Shown here one piece after another: positions 51,493 through 64,000 of a stretch of DNA of 64,000 nt (positions are counted from its first letter, which is position 1; every line of letters begins with the position of its first letter). The notes beneath the pieces were generated by a model, which ran no database searches, was not told the DNA's origin, and worked only from the letters and a program-made list of their open reading frames with translations. The stretch is from positions 27,590,001-27,654,000 of the forward strand of contig NC_043016.1 in NCBI RefSeq assembly GCF_006345805.1, in the 5' to 3' direction. Source of the DNA: Octopus sinensis. Taxonomy: Eukaryota. The translations under genes and the position numbers were made by a program.

Positions 51493-52369
51493 ATCTAGAA
51501 CAACGATGACGATAAAGACATGTTTCTATTTCCTCAGTTCAGATCTTTGACCAAGCTGCAGGGTTAGGTCAGTCTTAGACTGAATTTGGGCCGTTGGCGT
51601 CCGAGATATTGATAAACGCTTATTGTGTTCTAAAAGTTGATCATTTGTCCAGTAGAAAGTCAATCCTCTCGTTCTAAAGGAGACATTAACCTAAGAATGA
51701 TTCAGGAACGATTCAGGATAACTGAGTTAGCTCTTCTGAAAGACATTCACATTCCAACCGTTCTCGGCATGGTTGTTCTACAAAAGGCCGATGACTTGAG
51801 AAAGACTAGGTGTTATAATAAGTGTGGGGTCTGGGGAGTGGAGTTTTGTACAAGGGTGATGAAAGGAGGAGAGATGAGTGGGTCAGTAATGCCTGAGTGA
51901 TGGTGGCATGAGCCCAGCCAGCTCTGAGGATTGCTGCCATTATAGCAGTTAATAGAAAAGGCAGTGAGAGGAGACAAAATGATTCTCAGCCAAAGCATGT
52001 CTGTGAGTGAATTTATGCCAATAAGACGGATGACCCTTTTCAGGGTGTGCGAAGAATATTTACCGCGCTCAGATTTCTCTCAGTGGTCACCCATTTAAGT
52101 ATTAAATATCAAGATGATCGCGAATCTACGCCTTAATAAGTGATTAAACTGTAAATTACAGATGTTTTATTAAAACTTTAGAAAGATATGTAAAATTCAA
52201 CACCTCGGTGGATTTTGAATTTAGAAAGCAAAAGGAGTCAAATGAACGTCACACCATCTCAGCCGTTGTTTTTCTTGACAATACATTAAGTGTATAAAAC
52301 GCCACATAACTAGTTGCTCTTCATGCAGAATGCAAATCTACAAATTTGCCCAGTGTCACTAGATTTCAG

Positions 52370-52590
52370 TAGTAGTAGTGGTGGTGGTGCTGGTGGTTGT
52401 GGTTTTGGTGGTGGCGTCCTTGGTGGTGGCGTCCTTGGTGGTGGTGGCCTTGGTGGTGGTGGTGGTGGTGGTGGCGGCGGCGGCGGTGGTGGTGGTGGTG
52501 GTGGCGGCGGTGTGGGGTGGTGGTGGTGGTGGTGGTGGTTTTGGTGGTGGTGGTGATTGATGGTGGTGGTGATTGTGGTGGTGGTCTCGG
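52370..52590. repeat. (GGT/GGC)n tract
   Basis: Directly visible. Confidence 0.95.
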
Positions 52591-52898
52591 TGGTTTTTGA
52601 TTGGTAAGGGACAGAAAATCTTGAATCTGAAAATAATGATCGGAGCTGTAGTGCAAAAAAAAATGGGTGGTGGAGAGAGTGCGAGAAAATAACTAAATGA
52701 TGGGTTGACGAAAAATGTGAATGGTATGTGCGTGTGCATACACATTTATGTGGTGTGGGGTGGGGAGAAGAGAGAGAAGTGAGAGTGTAGGGTACTTAAC
52801 CCTTTGATTATTCTGACAAATGTAATAATTATTGATTTACAAATTAATTTGAATTAATCTTGTATTATCTTGTAGCTTCGAGACTTCGATGATGTGAT

Positions 52899-53290
52899 TA
52901 CTCTTTTACATTTTTACTTGTTTCAGTCATTTGCTGGAGCACCGCCTTTAGTCGAGCAAATCGACCCCAGGACTTGTTCTTTGTAAGCCTAGTACTTATT
53001 TTATCGGTCTCTTTTGCCGAACCGCTAAGTGACGGGGACGTAAACACACCAGCATAAGTTGTCAAGCGATGTTGGGGGGATAAAGACAGACACACAAACA
53101 TATACACACATATATATACATATATACGACGGGCTTCTTTTAGTTTCTGTCTACCAAATCCACTCACAAGGCTTTGGTCGGCCCGAGTCTATAGTACAAG
53201 ACACTTGACCAAGGTGCCACGCAGTGGGACTGAACCCGGAACCATGTAGTTGGTAAGCAAGCTACTTACTACACAGTCACTCCGACGCCT
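52899..53290 (-). mobile_element. Complete SINE family B
   Basis: Minus strand: head AGGCGTCGGAGTGACTGTGT.GTAAGTAGCTTGCTTACC...GGTTCAGTCCC, GGCACCTTGGTCAAGTG, a short (TA/TG) microsatellite and a tail ending AAGTAAAA..TAAAAGAGTA. Confidence 0.85.
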
Positions 53291-53855
53291 ATGTTTGTTC
53301 ATTTTTGGAATGACATTGTAGGTTTGGTGGGAGAGGCTGGATTAGGCTAGTCAGTTTGAACATAAAACTGGTAGGATATTTAGCCGGTTTAAATGCTAAA
53401 GGATCAACGTGCAAAATATACAGGGTTATACGTAGAGAAGGGTGCTTGAATATATATGTACATGTCTACGTGTAGGTGTGTGTGTGTGTATATATACGTG
53501 CATATGTGTATGTGTGTGCGCACGCGTGTTTTTGTATATGCATATATTTAGTACTTTTGTGCGCGTTTATACGTATACATCTATACATATGTCTAAATTT
53601 ATAAGTGTTATACATTAGATGCATAATATGTGTATGGACGTGCGTATGTGTATGTGTGTGTGTGTGTAATGAACGACACGCATACTTTCCTCGGACCATT
53701 CTTTTTCTTCTCTCGTTACCTTCTTCATTCCCCTTTCTGACGAAGAACCATGCTCGAGACGGTCAACCCCCTCTTTTTCCCATCTCAAACTGAGCATCAA
53801 CTAGAACATGCATTGTGTACGTCCTTTTGACTTTTGTTGCTTTCATTCTTAGTGC

Positions 53856-53912
<57 letters not shown>

Positions 53913-54307
53913 GTGTGTGTGTGGTGGTGTGGGTTGTGTTGGGTGTGTGCGTGCGCGTGTGTGTGGTGTGTGTGTGTGTGTGTATGTGTGGTGTGTGTGT
54001 GTAAAATACAAAATGGGACAAGAACGCAAAATATCCGGACATCTAGGTGATACAAAAAGGACAACAAAACATCCAGATAGACGATGCAAAAAAACAAGGA
54101 CGGATCACTCGAAGCTTTCTATCCTCAGTCAAGAACCGGATCATCCTCGCAATTTCGGCTGATTAATCTTGAGATTGTTCCAATCTGGCCAGCCCCAAGG
54201 AAAAGCTAAGCTAAGAGCATTAGATTCCTTGGAAGAAAGCATCGAATGTATACGAAAACAAGGACGGAAAAACAGACGATGTTACACGAATATAAATACA
54301 AAATATA

Positions 54308-54366
<59 letters not shown>

Positions 54367-54459
54367 GAGAGACAGACAGACAAGCAAACAGACAGACAGA
54401 TAGACAAACAGACAGACTGATAGACAAACAAACAGACAGAGATAGATAGACAGACGAAC

Positions 54460-54680
54460 TGACAGAAACGTTAGCACATCGGGCGAAATTCTTTGTGGTT
54501 TTTCGTCTGTCTCTACGTTCTGAGTTCAAATTCCGCCGAGGTCGACTTTGCCTTTCATCCTTTCAGGGTCGATAAATTAAGTACCAATTACGCACTGGGG
54601 TCGATGTAATCGACTTAATCCATTTATCTGTCCTTGTTTGTCCCTTCTATGTTTAGACCCTTGTGGGCAATAAAGAAATA
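54460..54680 (+). mobile_element. SINE family A
   Basis: Head, core and AAAGAAATAGG tail. Confidence 0.85.
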
Positions 54681-55015
54681 GGATAGACAGACAGACAGAT
54701 AGCTAGATAGATATTTCGTTGACACAACATTCAAATTATCCTTGTGTTCTAACCTTTAACAAATATTTTTATTTCCGACAATCTAAAAAGTATATATAGA
54801 GAGAAAATATAACACGGTTTTGTTTGTTTGTTTGTTTTTAATCAGATATTAGCTTTAATATATTTCTTTTTTAAACTCAAGACTAAAAATCTTGAGAAAC
54901 CGAGTTTCTCGATGCCATCGCCCCCAGTACTTGACTGATACTTTATTTCACGATTCCATGGGAAGATGAAAAGCATGTTGGACTTCGGCTGGATTTGAAT
55001 CAGGACGTAAAGAGC

Positions 55016-55562
55016 CGGACGCGAATTTTTTTCCCACGAGAGTTCCGGACCCCATTAATGAATCATTTGCATATAGCCAATCAGAACTCACCCTGACTTT
55101 GTTGTCAATTTAACAAACACACTCTACCAAGCAAACGCAAAACGAAGAGCGGTAATCTAAGTCGACCGATCACCAAGTTATGCTTTATTTTAGAAGGAGA
55201 CAAGTAATTATATAGATTTGCATCTATACCTATTATCGAATTCAGTTAGGGCCCCATATGGTAAAGGTGTGGATGTGGGTAGAGGGTGATATGCTAGCAA
55301 CCCTCTCCCCTTACTGTTTTACAAAGTAAACAACAACACAAATAACTACGCAGACATGGTCGAAACAAGAACAAGAACAAGAAGCATTCTTAAAAGGGAA
55401 AAAAAAGCATGGTCATTCCTTACCCAAATGACCTTATCTTATCATCCATCACTTGTTATGCGCGCATAAATTAGTTTGATAGCTGAGCTCTGATTGGCTG
55501 TATGCAAATGAGTTCATAACTGAAATCCAGAACTTTCGTGGGGGAAAAAAATTTCGCGGCCG
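55016..55562. mobile_element. MITE-like element with ~75 bp imperfect TIRs containing an octamer and a CCAAT box
   Basis: 55016-55092 is approximately the reverse complement of 55482-55562. ATTTGCAT and AGCCAATCAG are present in both arms. Confidence 0.7.
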
Positions 55563-57349
55563 AGACAAATACAGTTAAGTAAGTTTTTCTTGAGACTTTT
55601 GTAATGATTCTTCCAGCACTCCGAGCATGTTGCATGAAGAGCTTAAAATCTACAAACACATAACAGTGAAACCTCTGCAAACGTGTTGTTATGAATCAAA
55701 GCAACAAATGTCCAAAAGAAAATGTTCCTTACGTTGTAACATTTCACTTTAATTTGAGTTTTATCATATCTCAGTTGTTTTTATTGCCGTTGTCATTGTT
55801 GTTTAGGTCCATGTCAACCTTGATCAAGATATATGACCAAAGGCCATCCAGTCATGAGCATTCTGTTCTATATTCAGATTATTCGACATACATATTCTGT
55901 TAGTCCTTCCGTTTTCATTAAAAGATGGTTGTGTTTAATTGCAATGAGTTTGGGTTACTATTTTCATCTAAGCGCGTAGCTCCATACACGTGCGTTAACG
56001 TATTTGTGTTACCATGCGTGTGTGGTGTGGTGTGTGTGTGAGTGTGTGTGTGTGCGTTGTTAATGCATGCGTGTGTACTGTGTGTGTATGTGTGTGTGTG
56101 TGGTGAGTGTGTATGTGTGTGTGGTGTGTATGTGTGTGTAAGTGTTATGTGTATGCGAGTGTGTGTTGTATGTGGTGTGAGTAAGCGCGTGTGTGCTTGT
56201 GTTTGTACGTGCGTGCGTTTGTGCGTATGCGCGCGTGCGTGTGTTTTACGCTCAATTTTCACAAAATAAATCCCTGCTTACACCCAGGGTATACGACGGA
56301 CATCATGCATACAGTACTGTGACCCTTCTTCCCAGACACATACAATGCTTGTGATGGCCTTCACGATGTTTTAAAATTTACACTGATCTGTCACAGTTAT
56401 TATTAGACTACAGAAACTCAACAATCCCTTTGAAAGTGGAATACAAATATAATACGTCACTGCTCCTTTAACTTCAAAAGTATGGCTGTTTCGAACGACA
56501 AAACACCTCACCCTCAAAATGTTCATTGTAAACTTTTTATGGTTGGCTCGGTATCCTAAATCTTTGACCAGCATCAATATAATTTTGAGAAGGAAGATAT
56601 TCGCTGCACAGAATTGAGTAATCTATCAAAGTACTCTAAAAAGAAATTAGCTTCAGTCTTATCTGTTTGCTAGAACGTAACATCACATTGCCACTTATTC
56701 CACGAAGTGTATGTGAATAATTCACCAAAATCGGGTTTTAAATTTGAAGTTTTCTGATGCATTTCTACCCAGAGGCAATAACAGCTAATCTTTTGCAATT
56801 AAGAAACTTGTAAAATTTCTTCAAATTGATATAAAATTCACTTGATATCTTTTCTTCTATAGGAGCCCCGTTTCGGTTGTATTAAAACTAAGACACGCTG
56901 ATGGATATTTTCGTTTGTTAAGCATTTAAATTTGCACTGCGACGCCGGCGCGAGCAACGACTACTACACCATGGTCAGATTTAAAATTGCTTTCAGGCTA
57001 ATGAAACCGAACCATTGTTGACCGCAAATAGAAAACTCCTTACATATGTAGGTCACTCATTATAATGAGCGACCTACACATATATCGTCAAATTCTTCTT
57101 TGCCCCAAAATTATTTTCTGTTCCTCTACCATCTATGTACAACATTAATAATATTTCCGTTTTCACAACGTCTCACTGTGTGATCAAGTTGCTTTGAAGA
57201 ATGACATCATTGTTATTTCTGTAAGATTACGCTTAATGTGAGCATTCTTCATAATCGCTGATACAGCAAAGGATACTAAATTTAACAACAAACACCCAAC
57301 CCATACTCTCAAAATTCCCTGCTACGAATAATTTCTTTTGAGAGCCTTT

Positions 57350-57565
57350 TCCTGACATGAGCTACTGCAGACACACATTTCTTATGTTTACGTTCTGAGT
57401 TCAAATTCTGCCGAGAGCGACATTGCCTTTCTTTCTTTAGGGGATCGATGAAATAAGTACCAGTCGAGTACTGGAGTTGATACAATCGACTATACTCTCC
57501 CCTCAAAAATTCAGGCTTTGTGCCTATAGTAGAAAGAATTATTATTATTATTATTATTATTATTA
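57350..57565 (+). mobile_element. SINE family A subfamily with (ATT)n tail
   Basis: Family A core followed by CCCCTCAAAAATTCAGGCTTTGTGCCTATAGTAGAAAG(ATT)n. Confidence 0.75.
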
Positions 57566-59041
57566 TTTTTTTTTTTTTTTTTTTTTTTTATTATAATAAA
57601 TAATACGTATTGTTTATGATAAATGTTACAGAGTTGCTGTCACTGGGTAACAATTGAGACATCACTCGGATCTTTTCTATTCTGAAGCCAGGACCACAGA
57701 TCTTTCTACTTAACTAAATAATCTGAACTTCGTATGCTGATAGAGTCTAGCAAAACAAGACACAGTTTGGAACTAGTTTATTTGAGAAAAATCTATTTTA
57801 TGACTTTAATCGTAGATTAAAACTGCGAATTTTAACCAATCAGATGTTTGTTTTCATGTGTAAAACTTGACTGCATTCTATTAGTGTGACGTAGAAAGCG
57901 CTTTTGTGACGTACTAACGTTCGGAAAACTGTAAACAAACACGGCAGACGAAATACGGCTACGCATTTCGCCCGGCGTGCTAACGTTTCTGCCAGCTCTT
58001 TTGCTTTTTTAATATTAAATTTCGGCGAAGTTTCGCTTGTCGTAGCACAAGTTTTCCGTCGATTTTCCGTAAAAAACTTTTATTTTTTTACATAAGTAAT
58101 GAAGCGAAGAGACTAAGAGGAAGCGATTTTATGACGAGGGAAGTTTGTCTTTGAAGTTACCGTCTAGGGGAAGCATTGATGTACAGTGTTGTGTGTTGTT
58201 TGATGGGGTGTGGGAGACAGTATGTTGTGTAAGTGAAGTGCTTCTGTTAGTGTGTGTTGAAGAGACAGAGAGAGTAATGTGTGAAAGAGAGAGATAACTG
58301 AAATTTTTTACTCGGTGTATGTGTATATGTATGTCTGCATGTATGTGTGTGTGTGTGATGTATCTATGTATGTATGGCCAATTCATCGTAATTACGATTA
58401 CGATGAATCGGCTATACATACATACACACACACACATACATACACACACACACATATTTACACATACATACACACACACATACATGCAGACATACAGAAT
58501 GGAAACATTTTCAATTTAATACATGTGGCTTATTAACTAGTTTTAAATATTGTTATTAGAAGGTGGCTGACTTGTTTACATTTAAGATGTTAAATACGTC
58601 ACGAAATTGGTGGTCGAGACGGAGTAAATAAAATAAAGCCGAATGACGGAATATCATTGGTTAAAATTCTAATTATTAAACAACGTTAAACTTAGAAGTT
58701 ACAATTCCGTTTTCATTCTGGTTTACAATTAAGTTTACTTTTGACACATTCTACCAGTATACGAAGTTTCAAATTGTTTGGTTCAGTAGGAAAAATTTGA
58801 AAAAACTGGCCTCAAAATAGAAAAGATCCCATCACTCTAAATGATATCCATTCTTAATATTTTCAGTTATATTTTTAAATATTTTCAGATATAAATTAGA
58901 AAAGAGCCTTAAAGGAAAAGCCGTAAAATACATAACATACATACATACAAACGGATAGAGATATAGACATAGACAAACGTATATACATACAAACATGGAT
59001 ATATGCTTACATATATACATACACAGACGTAAGTACATATA

Positions 59042-59085
<44 letters not shown>

Positions 59086-59733
59086 TGCATGTGTACGCAC
59101 GCAGACACACACACACGCACGCACACACACACACACAACACAAACACATGTGCATACACTCATAGACGTGAGGTGTTAAGCAAAGATATTAAGCTAAGAC
59201 AGTGGACGGACGTTGTGGTTAGTTCCGGCATAGAAACACAATTTATTGTTTATTTAAGCAATAATTGACTCACAAAAATAGAGCGATCAATGATCCGATA
59301 TACAAACAGATACCATTATATGTATGTATGTATGTAGTATGTATGTATGTATGTATGTATGTATGTATGTATGTATGTATGTATGTATGTATGTATGTAT
59401 GTATGTGTGTGTGTGTATATATATATATATATGGAGTAAATATTCAAATGCGAATATCTATACATATATTATTATTGTTATTATCTGTGGTAAATATGGA
59501 TAATTGATAAGAGAAACAACAATTATATAGGTGTTGCAAGTATTAAATAGCGCTAGATAGAATTAAAATTTATATTTATTATAAGGGCAACAAGGCGCCA
59601 CCTGCTAGAAAGTGAAGTTGAAGCCCCCAGCTAAACCACACTGAAAAACTCAACCCAAAACAACAGCATACATATATGTATGTGTATATAATATGTGTGG
59701 GTGTGGTGTAACAGTACTACACACACATATATA

Positions 59734-59779
<46 letters not shown>

Positions 59780-59828
59780 TATATATATATAATATATATA
59801 AATATACACACAAACGTACACACACAAT

Positions 59829-60275
59829 TCTTTTACTTGTTTTTCATCATTTGACTGCGGCCATGTTGAAGCACCGCCTTAAAGGTTTTTCTTTAGACGA
59901 ACAAATCGACCCTAGGACTTATTCTTTGTATGCCTAGTACTTATTCTATCGGTCTCTTTTGCCGAACCGGTAAATTACGGGGACGTAAACACACCATCAT
60001 TGGTTGTCAAGCGATGGTGGGGGAGACACAGGCACAAAAACACGCACATAAATTTGTGTGTGTGTATGAGTGTGTGTGTGTGTGTGTCTGTGTGTATGCG
60101 TGCGCGTGTGTGTATACGACAGTCTTCTTACAGTTTTCGTCTACCAAATCCACAGACAAGATTTTGGTCAAATCCACAGACAAGATTTTGGTAACAGAAG
60201 ATGCTTGCCCAAGGTGTCACGCAGTGAGAGTGACCTGGAACCATATAGTTGGGAAGCAAGCTTTATACAACACTG
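59829..60275 (-). mobile_element. Complete SINE family B (internal 21-bp duplication)
   Basis: Tail, (TG)n and head. CAAATCCACAGACAAGATTTTGGT is repeated. Confidence 0.8.
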
Positions 60276-60759
60276 GGGCACGCACACACACACTTACATA
60301 CTAATGCTGACACACCAACAAACACCAAAATGCACTCCCACTTACACACACACATTCACACACGCATAAACCGTTGACCATTATTTTTCTAAATATTTTG
60401 TGTGAGATAATAATTATGGATTATTATACTTAACGTGGTTAAATATTTTATTGATTAAATATTTTAATCAATTGAAATTAGTAAATTATTGAATAAAAAA
60501 GGATAAAGGATATTCGCTTAATTAATTCTGATTAAGAAAGGCAGGGGAGACGACTCAAAAATTTGAAATACTTAAAAGTTGCAGTGGTATAGGATAAGAG
60601 TTTGACAATTGTCAAACATGGGAGACAACTCTGCACAAGTTCAAACTAATGCTTTAGAAAAGTATTTTCAATGTTATATAGACAGGTGTAAAATAAATTT
60701 GTTAGTTACACGTGTAATCAAATAGGTTACGCTTTCAAACCAAAGGTGAAGAAAAGAAA

Positions 60760-62250
60760 ATGGTTTAGAACAGTCATTTCTGATTATTAGTGCGTAGAAC
60801 AAGATGCTTAACGATGTTTCTTCCGTGTCCTTATGCCCCGAGTTCAAATTCTGAGAAGTTGACTTTGCCTTTCGATTCTTTCGGAATCGATAAGGTGAGT
60901 ACTAGTTTGATTACGAGAATCGATATAATTGACGTACCCTTTCCTTCAAAATTGTGCCATACTTAGAAAGAATTTTATGACATCATATTTCATCGCTATC
61001 CAACTACCACCACTACCACTATCACACTGAAATTGATTTCAAATTTTGGCACAAGGCCAGCAGTTTCAGGGGAAGGGCAAACCGATTACATCAACTACAG
61101 TACTCAATTGGTATTTTTTTTATCGATCCCGAAAGGATGAAATGCAAAGTTGACCTCTGCAGAATTTGAACTCAGAATGTAAAGACGCCACCAGCACGAC
61201 ACTAAAACTAAGAAGTAGATGTCACCTCTGTGGAATTCGAACTCAGGAGTAAAGAGGAAGTGGTTTCATATATCCTTCCCTCAAACGTTTCAAGTGATTA
61301 AAATATTGAATATTTCTTTTTCTTTTTCTTTTTTTTTTTTATCTTTGGCTCAGAGCCATCAATTTTGAGGATTGGAAACAAGTCGATTACATCGACCCTA
61401 GTGCTCAGTGCTCAGCTGGTATTTATTTTATGAGTCCTGGAAGGCAAAGGCGATATTGGTGAAATTTGAACTCGGAACGTAAAGAGCTGGAAGAAATACC
61501 GCTAAGCATTTTGCCCGCCACACTAACACTTCACTGGTACTTATCAACCCCCAAAAGGATGACAGGCAAAGTCAACCTTGGCTGAATATAAATTCGGAGA
61601 CGAAATGCCGCGAAGTATTTTGACCGGCATGCTAACAATTCTGCCAGCTCGCCACCTTTTTAAAATATTAAATAATCTTTTCTACTCTAAGCACAAAGCC
61701 CAAAATTTGGGGGGAGGAGGCCAGTCGATTAGATCTACCCCAGTATACAACTGGTACTTAATTTATCGACTCCGAAAGGATGAAAGGCAAAGTCAACCTC
61801 GGCGTAAAATATTAAATAACAATATTTATTATGTTGGCCTATAATAATTATATGAATTAATTATTATTACTATTGTTGTTGTTGTTGTTGTTGTTGTTGT
61901 TATGAATTAATTATTATTTATTATTAATGAATTAATTGTTAATAATTATTTGAATCATGTTGGTCTATAATGATTATATGAATTAATTATTTCTAATATT
62001 TTAATTAATAATTTTCTCTTAATATTAATTAATGCCAGCAATAAGACGGCGAGCTGGCAGAGTCGTTAGCACACTGGACGAAATGCTTAGCGGTATTTCG
62101 CCAGTCGCTACGTTCTAAGTTCAAATTCCGCCGAGGCTGATTTTGGCCTGGGGTCGATAAATTAAGTACCAGTGAAATTCTGGGGTCGATATAATCGAGT
62201 AGTCCCCTTCCCAAAATTTCAGGCCTTGTGTCAATAATAGAAAGGATTAA
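60760..62250. mobile_element. Cluster of about 6 SINE family A copies (several minus-strand head-to-tail)
   Basis: Family A cores at ~60760-60980(+), 61030-61190(-), 61340-61720(-), 61680-61810(-) and 62040-62250(+). Confidence 0.75.
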
Positions 62251-62529
62251 TTAATTAACGTTGATTTCTATCTTTGAGAGAAACGCGCACATATCTTCTG
62301 TGTGGGAAAGGGACATGTCGATTAAATTGAAAGATCACCAACACTCAATATGATTGTTACATATTGCATGGACTCAGACAGATGTTCTAGTGCAAATTGC
62401 ATAGAAGATAACTAAATAGTGAAGATTATTTTGTCCAGTAACCGCCATATAGCTACCACTACCACCACCTGATTCTATCATCGACTGAACAATCAAAGTT
62501 AGGAATGCATCAAAGATCAACTTTATATG

Positions 62530-62568
<39 letters not shown>

Positions 62569-62670
62569 ACATGTGAATCAAATAGACTAAAGGGTGCACT
62601 AGACGGCACTGCCTCCTCACTATTCACTGGTGCACCATCAAATTTACAGTGACAACTATTTTTCTAAACT

Positions 62671-63511
62671 CCTCCCTTTGCAAATACCATAAGGGCACAG
62701 ATAGTGTGCCTAAAGCCAGATGGAGACGATGATCTCCTGGGGCTAAAAGCTCCAGTAACACCCACCCTTTGTGGTTAGCCATATTAAGATGGCTATTATA
62801 CTTTACATTGTCGAGCGGTTACAGTTTACATCTCGTTCAGAGATTTATTATTGCTTGCAGACAGTTTTTCGAAATCAGTGACGGAAGTTACTTGAAAAAC
62901 ACTTAAGTATTTGCATACAAGGTCTTCCTTTTCGTCGTAAACCGGTGATTACTGCCCGTTCACAAGAGGCAACAACCTCGAAACTGCGGTCCCTGCGTAT
63001 CACTTAGGCTTACGAGAAAGGGATGACCTCTCTTTGCAAATACCATAAGGGCACAGACAGTGTGTCTAAAGCCAGCTGATCTCCTGGGGCTAAAAGCTAC
63101 AGTAACACCCACCCTTTGTGGTTAGCCATATTGAGATGGCTATTATACTTTACATTGTCGAGCAGTTACTGTTTACATCTCGTTCAGAGATTTATTATTG
63201 CTTGCAGACAGTTTTTCGAAATCAGTGACGGAAGTTACTTGAAAAACACTTAAGTATTTGCATACAAGGTCTTCCTTTTCGTCGTAAACCGGTGATTACC
63301 GCCCGTTCACAAGAGGCAACAACCTCGAAACCGTGGTCCGTGCGTATCACTTAGGCTTACGAGAAAGGGATGACCTCCCTTTGCAAATACATAAGAGCAC
63401 AGATAATGTGCCTAAAGCCAGCTGGAGACGATGATCTCCTGGGGCTAAAAGCTTCAGTAACACCCACCTTTTGTGGTTAGCCATATTGAGATGGCTTTAA
63501 TATTCTTTACA
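62671..63511 (+). repeat. Tandem array of a ~350 bp unit (2.4 copies) with a variant hammerhead-like fold
   Basis: Units start at 62671, 63027 and 63374 (356 and 347 bp; unit 2 lacks GAGACGATG) and are highly similar. Confidence 0.95.
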
Positions 63512-63569
63512 CTTTATCATTATTACAGATTAGTCCCGGGTTTCGGCATCCGGTGGCTGATTTGCTTTC

Positions 63570-63780
63570 TTTTAAGGCAGCGAACTGGCAGAATCGTTAG
63601 CACGCCAGGCAAAATACGTAGCGGCATTTCCTCTGAGTTCAAATATTGCTGAGGTCGATTTTGCCTTTCATCCTTTCGGGGTCGATAACACAAGTACCAT
63701 TTGAGCACTGGGGTCGATGTAAACGGCTTACCCCATTCTCCGAAATTGCTGGCCTTGTGCCAATATTTGAAACAATTATT
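63570..63780 (+). mobile_element. SINE family A
   Basis: Head, core and GGCCTTGTGCC tail. Confidence 0.8.
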
Positions 63781-64000
63781 ATAAATTAGTGACCATCCAG
63801 AATATTCTGAAGCACCCCCCGGGTACCAAAGTCTGTGACGGGCCTGGACAAGGATAAGTGTCCATGTGAGTGTGTGTGTTTGACTGTGTATGTGAATGTT
63901 TGTATGTGGATGTAAACATGTGAGTGTGAGTGCGGCTGAGGGCTTGTGTGTGTATGTGTAAGACGCTACAGGGTGATTTGACTGTTGTTTCTAGCAGACT

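Noticed and set aside
54090-54160. Minus-strand CTGAGGA-TA-GAAAGCTTC
   Set aside because: There is no room for helix II and helix I is unpaired.
62671-63511. CRISPR-like or satellite-only reading of the tandem repeats (also 16510-16850)
   Set aside because: There is no repeat-spacer alternation and the context is eukaryotic. A plain tandem duplication remains the null model for the 350-bp array.

Overview
No host protein-coding gene, rRNA, true tRNA or CRISPR array can be supported in this 64 kb window. It is AT-rich eukaryotic intergenic or intronic DNA dense in microsatellites and transposon debris. The repeat families look most like an octopod cephalopod genome (my recognition, not a database result). 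Supported elements are: several RTE-clade LINEs (two young 5'-truncated copies in opposite orientation, with a PHD-type zinc finger inside the RT); CR1-like, RLE-type (HERO-like and R4-like) and Penelope-like GIY-YIG fragments; two internally deleted mariner relics; hAT and piggyBac-type MITEs with TSDs; non-autonomous Helitrons; a probable solo LTR; and about 40 copies of several tRNA-derived SINE families. Nearly all long ORFs in the track are microsatellite translations. The most interesting signal is a set of minimal type I hammerhead-ribozyme-like motifs with palindromic helix III. Several lie in fold-back (inverted-repeat) mini-elements, often between (TA)n tracts (12.5, 25.7, 32.6 kb), and others are single copies (27.5, 29.9 kb, plus relics). 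One lies in a ~350 bp tandem array (62.7-63.5 kb) that resembles a non-LTR retrozyme with a variant core (U3/A8 covariation, G5C). All ribozyme calls come from manual pairing and are untested. Coordinates were counted by eye and may be off by a few bases.
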